Origin: Porphyromonadaceae bacterium
GTDB lineage: Bacteria > Bacteroidota > Bacteroidia > Bacteroidales > Paludibacteraceae
Direction: 5' to 3'
Assembly (NCBI GenBank): GCA_012523295.1
Contig: JAAYIT010000048.1
Location: forward strand, 2,300-66,299
Length of the DNA: 64,000 nt
Part shown: piece after piece, positions 56,905-64,000 of the stretch
Position numbering within the stretch: the stretch's first letter is position 1
Layout of the letters: each line of letters opens with the position of its first letter
Notes under the pieces: generated by a model
Seen by the model: the letters and a program-made list of their open reading frames with translations, nothing else
Database searches by the model: none
Told to the model about the DNA's origin: nothing
Position numbers and translations under genes: made by a program

Positions 56905-57175
56905 AATGTATGATTTTGGCAGGTCTTCTGACTTAAACCTATCATCTGCAACCCTTCCCAACCCAGCCTCCAAAATCCCGCAAGTGGGACTATTATGCCT
57001 CTATGAAGAGATGGAGTGCTTAAGTCAGTGGTTTTTGGTGTTTTTTTTGCAGACGTTCCCAATTCCCCTTCTTTGCGGGGTTAGGGAGGCTATTACAGCT
57101 ACGGGTATAGTTCAGGATTTTCACCTGATTCCCTTTTCATCGCGCATTCCGAAGTGAGTGGAATGAGCGACACCA
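56905..57175 (-). promoter_or_regulatory. Cobalamin (B12) riboswitch
   Basis: The minus strand reads GAAAAGGGAATCAGGTGAAAATCCTGAACTATACCCGTAGCTGTAAT (conserved core) and, downstream, GGTTTAAGTCAGAAGACCTGCC (B12-box-like). It ends about 125 nt upstream of the btuB ATG. Confidence 0.8.
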
Positions 57176-57313
57176 AATTATCACGATGCAAAGGTAGTCT
57201 ATTTTTTGTTGGATAAGAAATTTTGAAGAGGAATATTATGTTAAAAGCCTAATTTGGCGAGAGGAGGATTATTGAATTGGACAATGTCTCAATACGGATT
57301 TCCATGAAGTATT

Positions 57314-57649
57314 TTAATCTAATAAATGCCCAATAACGTGGTTGTTGCTGATGTAGGTTACCAAATAGATCAACTCATTATCAACATTTTGATAGGTTGA
57401 GAAAAATACGTACCAAGTTGTGTGTTTATTCTTAACAAAAGTAGCATAGAACAATTTCTTACCATATCTTTCAAAGTATTGTGGGGCGATATGTTTTAAT
57501 TTGTAAGGAAGCGATGTTTCAATATCCTTAAAAAGTTCTTCAACGTATTTCTCGGCTGTTTCCAAAAAGCCAAAATACTCTTTATCATGTAGAATTTCAG
57601 ACAATTCGTACAGATACGAACGAACCCGCGGACTGACTAACACTTTCAT
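57314..57649 (-). CDS. Putative toxin partner (RelE/ParE-superfamily-like)
   Basis: 111 aa, overlapping the upstream antitoxin gene by 4 nt. Its C-terminal pattern TWYVFFSTYQNVDNELIYLVTYISNNH resembles ParE/RelE-fold toxins. Confidence 0.45.
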   Translation of the reverse strand: MKVLVSPRVRSYLYELSEILHDKEYFGFLETAEKYVEELFKDIETSLPYKLKHIAPQYFERYGKKLFYATFVKNKHTTWYVFFSTYQNVDNELIYLVTYISNNHVIGHLLD

Positions 57650-57906
57650 TTCTTTCTTTTTTGGAAAATATCTTTCAAGTCACTTTTAACACCTACAAGC
57701 AATTCGTCAAAAGTAATCGCATTGGCGAGTTCTTCATCGGGTTCAAGAATGTAATCTTGCGGAATAACCGTGTCCATTTCCGTAATCGGAGTAACCCGAT
57801 ACGCCTTGTTTTTTCCCCGCTGGATAAGGATTTCAGCGCCTTCATCGATTTTGTCGAGGTAGGTTTTTTGGTTGGCCCTGAATTCAGCTGATGAAACTAT
57901 TAACAT
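57646..57906 (-). CDS. Phd/YefM-family antitoxin
   Basis: 86 aa. The N-terminus VSSAEFRANQKTYLDKIDEGAEILIQRGKNKAYRVTPI fits the Phd/YefM fold pattern. Confidence 0.6.
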   Translation of the reverse strand: MLIVSSAEFRANQKTYLDKIDEGAEILIQRGKNKAYRVTPITEMDTVIPQDYILEPDEELANAITFDELLVGVKSDLKDIFQKRKK

Positions 57907-58119
57907 GATTTTGTGATTTTAATGTACATATTCTGTACAAATATAGTGCATAAATTCAGAAATGATGCTTCAATTAACATAAAAATTCAAAAAGGAGTTA
58001 TTCTACTTTTCACAACCGAAAGCGTAGCTCGATAATTTTAAGTAGAAATAAAAATGATTTTAATAGTTGAAAAAATGTTTGAGAACACGTAATATTTCCC
58101 CCTTTAGGAGGTTAGGGGG

Positions 58120-58839
58120 CTATTCCCTTTTTTCTTTTGTTGCCGTCTGCAACGGCAAAGTAAGCATTTCCGGATTTGTGATTGTCCACCGATTGGCAGC
58201 AACCATTTCTGTAAGTACGGTACGCATTTGTTCGGCTGCAATGGATTTTAATCCACTTTGCAAAGCAGCATTTTCAACCTGTTTTTTCCCTTGAATTTGG
58301 ATTTTTTCAAGGTCTTCCCGGTTGATAAAATTGAACAGGTCTTCTTCAAAATAGTAATATTTGAAATCGGGCTCAAGGGAAAGTATTTCCGGTTCGGGGA
58401 ATGAAACGATTTTCATTTGCTTGTTTTCTTCATCTAGTTCCCACTTACATTTTTCAAAATCATATCCAATTAAAACTTTGGCTTTTACAATGACTAATGC
58501 TTTTTTTGTAGATGGGATAAATTTGAGAAGTTTCTTGGTTTGCTCATAATTGTATATTTCTTGAAACTGCCCTTCAGCACATACGATTTTGAATACTTTT
58601 CGCATACTTTCAACAACTGTATGTGAACTTTCCGCAACTATTTCAGACTGTTTCTTTGATAATAATTTTACAATCAGAAATACAATTAAACCACCTAAAA
58701 TCAGTCCGAGAATCATCATTCCCATCGTATTCGCAGAGCCGTAAGCTGTGGGCTTAAAGAAAACAGAATAGAGGTAAGCGAGTAAAAATAAACCCAATGC
58801 GACTATTGCGATATATCCTAATTTTTTGAAGCTCTTCAT
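58120..58839 (-). CDS. DUF4230-like membrane-anchored protein
   Basis: 239 aa with two N-terminal TM helices followed by a soluble domain (VLIGYDFEKCKWELDEENKQMKIVSFPEPEILS). Confidence 0.55.
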   Translation of the reverse strand: MKSFKKLGYIAIVALGLFLLAYLYSVFFKPTAYGSANTMGMMILGLILGGLIVFLIVKLLSKKQSEIVAESSHTVVESMRKVFKIVCAEGQFQEIYNYEQTKKLLKFIPSTKKALVIVKAKVLIGYDFEKCKWELDEENKQMKIVSFPEPEILSLEPDFKYYYFEEDLFNFINREDLEKIQIQGKKQVENAALQSGLKSIAAEQMRTVLTEMVAANRWTITNPEMLTLPLQTATKEKRE

Positions 58840-59094
58840 TTGTTAAAACGTTTTTATTTTGAACAAATTTAATGAAATAATTTGAAAAAAATGATAATAA
58901 GCTGAATTTATGTGCTTTCGTGATTCTCAATAATAGTGCCATAAAAGAAGTATTGAAAGAAATGTCAAGCATAAAAAGGAAATTTTCGTATCTTTGTGAG
59001 TTAAAATAATTTTAGCTTAATTACACAGATAAAGTACAGATTTGATTGTGAAATGATTGATAATCTTATGTCTGGCTATCTGTCATTCTGAAAT

Positions 59095-59853
59095 ATGGCT
59101 GGTTTTACTAAATGGATAACAGGTGGATTGGGTTTCGTGTTGGGTGGTCCCATCGGCGGACTGATTGGATTTGCTGTCGGCTCGCTGATTGATGGTGCAA
59201 GCGACATGGTCATAATGCGCGATTTCCAGGGACAGCAGCAAGGCAGAAGTCCATACGCTAAAACAGCTGAAGGTGATTTCAAAATGTCACTTTTGGTGCT
59301 GATTGCATGCGTGATGAAAGCAGACGGTGCTCCCAAAAAGAAGGAGCTGAATGTTGTGAAACGTTTTTTATTGGCAAATTTCGGAGAAGAAGGCGCTTTG
59401 GAAGCCTTGCAAATTCTTAAGAATCTGCTGAAGCAAAATATCGATGATGTGCAAGTAGCCCGACAAATTAATCAGTATATGAATTATGCCGGGAAGCTGG
59501 AGTTAATTCATCTTTTGTTTGACATTGCCTATGCGGACGGTGCCGAAAATCCTTATGAATTGCAGGTTATTCAGCGAATTTCGTGGAATTTAGGTGTCAG
59601 CACCTTGGATTTCAATGCTATGAAAGCGCCTTACACCCGTACGAAAGACGTAAATTGGGCATACACCGCACTCGAAATCAAACCCAACGCCACGGATGCC
59701 GAAATCAAGAAAGCTTACCGGGAAATGGCGAAGAAATACCACCCCGACACCGTTGCTAATCTCGGCGAGGACGTGAAAAAGAAAGCGACGGAAAAGTTCC
59801 GAGCCGTAAATGAGGCGTATGAGGAACTGAAGAGGATGAGAGGATTTAAATGA
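59095..59853 (+). CDS. DjlA-like co-chaperone (TerB-like domain + C-terminal J domain)
   Basis: 252 aa with a glycine-rich N-terminal membrane segment, a TerB-like region ([13 protein letters not shown]...ELQVI) and a J domain with HPD ([12 protein letters not shown]). Confidence 0.72.
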   Translation: MAGFTKWITGGLGFVLGGPIGGLIGFAVGSLIDGASDMVIMRDFQGQQQGRSPYAKTAEGDFKMSLLVLIACVMKADGAPKKKELNVVKRFLLANFGEEGALEALQILKNLLKQNIDDVQVARQINQYMNYAGKLELIHLLFDIAYADGAENPYELQVIQRISWNLGVSTLDFNAMKAPYTRTKDVNWAYTALEIKPNATDAEIKKAYREMAKKYHPDTVANLGEDVKKKATEKFRAVNEAYEELKRMRGFK

Positions 59854-60062
59854 TAACTGCCCCCTAACCCCCTATAGGGGGGAATGATGAGAGCAAACAA
59901 CAAATTAACGATACCGATGTATTTACTGTGTTTCAATCCAATACACTAATTTGCTTGACATTTAGTATCTTGATATAAAGACTTAGGAAATCCTAACTAA
60001 TTAATTTAACACTAAATCGCCCCGCAAAAATCCCCCCTTTAGGGGGTTAGGGGGCTACTATC

Positions 60063-61538
60063 ATGTTTATATACAACACATTAAGTAGAAAAAAGGAATT
60101 ATTCATTCCACTTCACGCACCGCACGTGGGCATGTACGTGTGCGGACCGACCGTTTATGGTGATCCGCATTTGGGACACGCGCGTCCGGCAATTACATTT
60201 GATGTCTTGTTTCGATATTTGCGGCATTTGGGTTATAAGGTGCGTTATGTTCGTAACATAACTGATGTGGGACACCTTGAAAACGATGCCGATGAAGGAG
60301 AAGACAAAATCGGGAAAAAAGCACGTTTGGAAGAATTGGAACCGATGGAAATCGTTCAGTATTATACACTTCGCTACCACAAAGCGATGGAGATGCTTAA
60401 CGTCCTTCCGCCAAGTATCGAGCCGAAAGCTTCGGGACATATTTTGGAACAAATCGAATTTGTACAAAAAATTTTGGACGCCGGATTTGCCTACGAGAGC
60501 GAGGGTTCCGTATATTTTGACGTGGAAAAATATAACCAATCTTACTCCATTGAGGGAGGCAAGGGGGCTTATGGCAAACTCTCGGGACGGAATATCGACG
60601 AACTGCTCGAAACCACGCGCACGCTCGACGGACAGAGCGAAAAACGCCGTTCGGTGGATTTCGCGCTGTGGAAAAAAGCGTCGCCCGAACACATTATGCG
60701 TTGGAGCGCGCCGTGGAGCGTCGGGTTTCCCGGTTGGCACTTGGAATGCTCGGCGATGGGTACGAAATATCTCGGCGAAGAGTTTGACATTCACGGCGGA
60801 GGCATGGATTTGATGTTTCCGCACCACGAATGCGAAATCGCGCAAAACCAAGCCGGATTGGGCAAAAGCAGTGTCCGCTATTGGATGCACAACAACATGA
60901 TTACCATTGGCGGGCAGAAAATGGGAAAATCGCTCGGAAATTTCATTACGCTCGAAGAGTTTTTTACCGGAAATCACCCGTTGCTCACCAAACCGTTCAG
61001 CCCAATGACCATTCGCTTTTTTATTTTGCAAGCGCACTACAGGAGTACGGTTGATTTCAGTAGTGAAGCGTTGGAAGCTTCGGAAAAAGGATTGCAAAGA
61101 CTAATGGAAGGTTATCTGCGATTACAAAATTTGACTGCAAGTGAAAAATCAAGCGTTGAAATTGGGAATTTGCGCCAAAAGTGCGAAGACGCCATGAACG
61201 ACGACTTGAATACACCGATTGTTATTTCGCATTTGTTTGACAGTCTGAAAGTTATCAATTCTGTAAACGACGGAAAAGCGACACTTTCGCAAGCTGATTT
61301 GGATGAATTAAAATCCGTTTTCAGCCTGTTTTTGGAAGATATTTTAGGTTTACAAACTGAAAGTTCGGCTTCCGAAGGCTTGGAAGCGTATCAGAAAGCC
61401 GTTGATTTACTGCTTAATATCCGTCTTGAAGCCAAGAAAAATAAGGATTGGGCAACGTCCGACAAAATTCGCAACGAACTGACCGCGCTCGGTTTTGAAA
61501 TAAAAGATACTAAAGAGGGATTTGAGTGGAAACTTTAA
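60063..61538 (+). CDS. cysS: Cysteine-tRNA ligase
   Basis: 491 aa with HIGH (PHLGHARP), KMSKS (KMGKSLGN) and zinc-site residues (CGPT, HLEC, HHECE). Confidence 0.93.
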   Translation: MFIYNTLSRKKELFIPLHAPHVGMYVCGPTVYGDPHLGHARPAITFDVLFRYLRHLGYKVRYVRNITDVGHLENDADEGEDKIGKKARLEELEPMEIVQYYTLRYHKAMEMLNVLPPSIEPKASGHILEQIEFVQKILDAGFAYESEGSVYFDVEKYNQSYSIEGGKGAYGKLSGRNIDELLETTRTLDGQSEKRRSVDFALWKKASPEHIMRWSAPWSVGFPGWHLECSAMGTKYLGEEFDIHGGGMDLMFPHHECEIAQNQAGLGKSSVRYWMHNNMITIGGQKMGKSLGNFITLEEFFTGNHPLLTKPFSPMTIRFFILQAHYRSTVDFSSEALEASEKGLQRLMEGYLRLQNLTASEKSSVEIGNLRQKCEDAMNDDLNTPIVISHLFDSLKVINSVNDGKATLSQADLDELKSVFSLFLEDILGLQTESSASEGLEAYQKAVDLLLNIRLEAKKNKDWATSDKIRNELTALGFEIKDTKEGFEWKL

Positions 61539-61564
61539 TGTGTTAATGTGAATAATATGCCAAT

Positions 61565-62413
61565 ATGCCAGTGAATGCCAACAGCGAAATAATTCTTTAT
61601 CAATCAGATAATTCCATTCAACTTGAAGTGCGGATGGAAGAGGAAACGGTATGGTTGAACAGACAGCAGTTAGCAATGCTGTTTAATCGTGATGTCAAAA
61701 CTATTGGAAAGCACATTAACAATGCAATTAAAGAAGAATTACAAGATCTTCCAACTGTCGCAAATTTTGCGACAGTTCAATTAGAGGGTAGCAGGATAGT
61801 TGAAAGACAAATTGAATACTACAACTTAGACGTAATTTTATCTGTCGGATACCGTGTTAAATCAAAAGAAGGTGTTAAATTCCGCATTTGGGCAAACCGT
61901 ATCCTAAAAGATTATCTGTTAAAAGGTTATGCCGTAAACAATAGGATAGAAAATCTCGAACACCGGGTTAAAGCCACCGAAGACAAGATTGAGTTTTTTG
62001 TAAAAACAGCACTTCCACCTGTGCAGGGAATTTTTTTCGACGGACAGATCTTTGATGCGCATAAGTTTGTGTCTGATGTAGTAAAATCGGCAAAGAAATC
62101 TATTATATTGATAGATAATTATGTGGATGAAAGTGTATTACATTTGCTTTCAAAACGTAAATCGAGCGTCAGTTGCAAAATTTTTACGAATAAAATCACC
62201 AATCAGTTTCAATTGGATTTGCAAAAATTCAATGCACAGTATGAACCCATTGAGGTAGCGCAATTCTCAAAATCTCACGACCGTTTTCTAATCATTGACA
62301 ATCAAGAAGTGTATCACATTGGCGCCTCACTCAAAGATTTAGGCAAAAAATGGTTTGCTTTTTCAAAAATAAAAATCAATGCCGAGCAAATTTTAGCGGC
62401 ATTATCAACGTAA
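61565..62413 (+). CDS. RhuM-N/ORF6N-like DNA-binding domain fused to a PLD-like (HxR variant) domain, copy 1
   Basis: 282 aa. The N-terminus (IILYQSDNSIQLEVRMEEETVWLNRQQLAMLFNRDVKTIGKHI...YYNLDVILSVGYRVKSKEGVKFRIWA) matches the RhuM-family pattern. The C-terminus carries SHDRFLIIDNQEVYHIGASLKDLG, which resembles a single HKD motif. Confidence 0.7.
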   Translation: MPVNANSEIILYQSDNSIQLEVRMEEETVWLNRQQLAMLFNRDVKTIGKHINNAIKEELQDLPTVANFATVQLEGSRIVERQIEYYNLDVILSVGYRVKSKEGVKFRIWANRILKDYLLKGYAVNNRIENLEHRVKATEDKIEFFVKTALPPVQGIFFDGQIFDAHKFVSDVVKSAKKSIILIDNYVDESVLHLLSKRKSSVSCKIFTNKITNQFQLDLQKFNAQYEPIEVAQFSKSHDRFLIIDNQEVYHIGASLKDLGKKWFAFSKIKINAEQILAALST

Positions 62414-62448
62414 TCACAGAAATCAACTTAAAGATCACAGTTCAGACA

Positions 62449-63291
62449 ATGAACACCAACAGCGAAATAATTCTTTATCAATCAGATAATTCCATTCAAC
62501 TTGAAGTGCGGATGGAAGAGGAAACGGTATGGTTGAACAGACAACAGTTAGCAATGCTGTTTAATCGTGATGTCAAAACTATTGGAAAGCACATTAACAA
62601 TGCAATTAAAGAAGAATTACAAGATCTTCCAACTGTCGCAAATTTTGCGACAGTTCAATTAGAGGGCAACAGGATAGTTGAAAGGCAGATTGAATACTAC
62701 AACTTAGACGTAATTTTATCTGTCGGATACCGTGTTAAATCAAAAGAAGGTGTTAAATTCCGCATTTGGGCTAACCGTGTCCTAAAAGATTATCTGTTAA
62801 AAGGTTATGCCGTAAACAATCGAATAGAAAATCTCGAACACCGGGTTAAAGCCACGGAAGATAAGATTGAATTTTTTGTAAAAACAGCACTTCCACCTGT
62901 GCAGGGAATTTTTTTCGACGGACAGATCTTTGATGCGCATAAGTTTGTGTCTGATATAGTGAAATCGGCAAAGAAATCTATTATATTGATAGACAATTAT
63001 GTGGATGAAAGTGTATTACATTTGCTTTCAAAACGTAAATCAAGCGTCAGTTGCAAAATTTTTACGCATAAAATCACCAATCAATTTCAATTGGATCTGC
63101 AAAAATTCAATGCACAATATGAATCCATTGAGGTAGCGCAATTCTCAAAATCTCACGACCGTTTTCTAATCATTGATAACCAGGAAGTGTATCACATTGG
63201 AGCTTCGCTCAAAGATTTAGGCAAAAAATGGTTTGCTTTTTCAAAAATAAAAATCAATGCCGAACAAATTTTAACGGCATTATCAACGTAA
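62449..63291 (+). CDS. RhuM-N/ORF6N-like + PLD-like protein, copy 2 (tandem duplicate)
   Basis: 280 aa from the ATG at 62449, differing from copy 1 at about 6 internal residues. The duplication period is 884 bp and includes the 3' flank TAATCACAGAAATCAA. Confidence 0.7.
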   Translation: MNTNSEIILYQSDNSIQLEVRMEEETVWLNRQQLAMLFNRDVKTIGKHINNAIKEELQDLPTVANFATVQLEGNRIVERQIEYYNLDVILSVGYRVKSKEGVKFRIWANRVLKDYLLKGYAVNNRIENLEHRVKATEDKIEFFVKTALPPVQGIFFDGQIFDAHKFVSDIVKSAKKSIILIDNYVDESVLHLLSKRKSSVSCKIFTHKITNQFQLDLQKFNAQYESIEVAQFSKSHDRFLIIDNQEVYHIGASLKDLGKKWFAFSKIKINAEQILTALST

Positions 63292-63334
63292 TCACAGAAA
63301 TCAATTTAAAATCATAGTTTAGACATTTTATATT

Positions 63335-63715
63335 ATGGAAACAACAAGACAACAAAAAATAGCACGATTGCTGCAAAAAGAATTAGGAGATATTTTTTTA
63401 CAATATGCGCGCAATATTAAAGGGACATTAATTACTGTAACGGGTGTTACGATTAGTCCCGATTTGAGTATCGCCCGAGTGAGATTAAGCATTTTTCCGA
63501 ACGATAAAGTAGAACCGATTTTGAAGCAAGTAGATAATGAAACAAAATCATTTCGGTATGAGCTTGGAAGACGCGTCAGACACCAATTGAGAATAATTCC
63601 GGAACTGTTTTTTTACAATGATGACAGCTTGGATTATTTGGAGAATATTGATAAACTGCTTAAAAAATCCGAAACTCCGGAAGGGGAGAACGATGTGACA
63701 GGTGGAGAAAAATGA
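63335..63715 (+). CDS. rbfA: Ribosome-binding factor A
   Basis: 126 aa with RQQKIARLLQKELGDIF, ITVTGVTISPDLSIARV and RIIPELFFYNDDS, all typical of RbfA. Confidence 0.85.
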   Translation: METTRQQKIARLLQKELGDIFLQYARNIKGTLITVTGVTISPDLSIARVRLSIFPNDKVEPILKQVDNETKSFRYELGRRVRHQLRIIPELFFYNDDSLDYLENIDKLLKKSETPEGENDVTGGEK

Positions 63716-63759
63716 CTGACTGTAGTGAACAGTTCGAATAATATTTAAATCCTGAGAAC

Positions 63760-64000
63760 ATGCCAAACCACAAATTTGCAATTTGGGTAGCAAAACGGTA
63801 TCTTTTTTCTAAGAAATCGCATAACGCTATCAATATCATTTCAGCCATTTCGGCTATAGGAGTGTGTGTTGGTACCGTTGCGCTGATTTGTGTGTTATCT
63901 GTTTTCAATGGATTTGAAGGACTGATTCAAGGGATGTTCTCGGCGTTTGATCCCGATTTAAAGATTTCTCCGGTAGTAGGAAAGACATTTGATGCGAATA
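63760..64000 (+). CDS. LolC/E- or FtsX-family ABC transporter permease, 5' part (runs off the window)
   Basis: An open frame from the ATG at 63760: MPNHKFAIWVAKRYLFSKKSHNAINIISAISAIGVCVGTVALICVLSVFNGFEGLI, the typical N-terminus of lipoprotein-releasing permeases. Confidence 0.7.
   Translation, partial: MPNHKFAIWVAKRYLFSKKSHNAINIISAISAIGVCVGTVALICVLSVFNGFEGLIQGMFSAFDPDLKISPVVGKTFDAN

Overview
The window looks like a Bacteroidota chromosome. Three proteins carry T9SS-type C-terminal sorting domains, there is a SusC/SusD pair and a GldJ-like lipoprotein, several genes have TAnnTTTG -7 boxes, and leaders are AT-rich and mostly lack a Shine-Dalgarno. About 50 CDS are supported. Most are housekeeping: priA, tag, rpiB, purD, cdaA-folP, asnS, korAB, birA, dacB, pdxB, folB, malQ, a purM-like gene, cysS, rbfA and tRNA-Cys.

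The accessory content is:
- a minimal susC/susD/lipoprotein PUL at 0.8-8.0 kb;
- a tryptophanase-family gene isolated between repeat-filled gaps;
- three unknown genes at 23.3-28.1 kb, including a triple-repeat T9SS cargo protein;
- an IS200-like/RAYT tyrosine transposase framed by C5/G5 hairpin modules;
- a five-gene operon under a cobalamin riboswitch at 48.2-57.2 kb (btuB, a BtuG-like propeller, two T9SS cargo proteins and a DUF4465-like lipoprotein);
- a Phd/YefM-type toxin-antitoxin (TA) pair;
- a roughly 98% identical tandem duplication of a RhuM-N/PLD-like gene.

The most unusual property is the non-coding DNA. Almost every long intergenic gap is built from at least five dispersed, structured repeat families. 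The most interesting is a ~95-nt hairpin module. It carries a frame-conserved 24-28 codon mini-ORF, occurs in tandem inside the PUL operon, and ends flush with the start codon of the next gene. A 21-unit 15-bp minisatellite abuts the gldJ-like start codon. No CRISPR array, rRNA or recognisable complete defence system was seen. All calls rest on reading the sequence and the translations; no database search was run.
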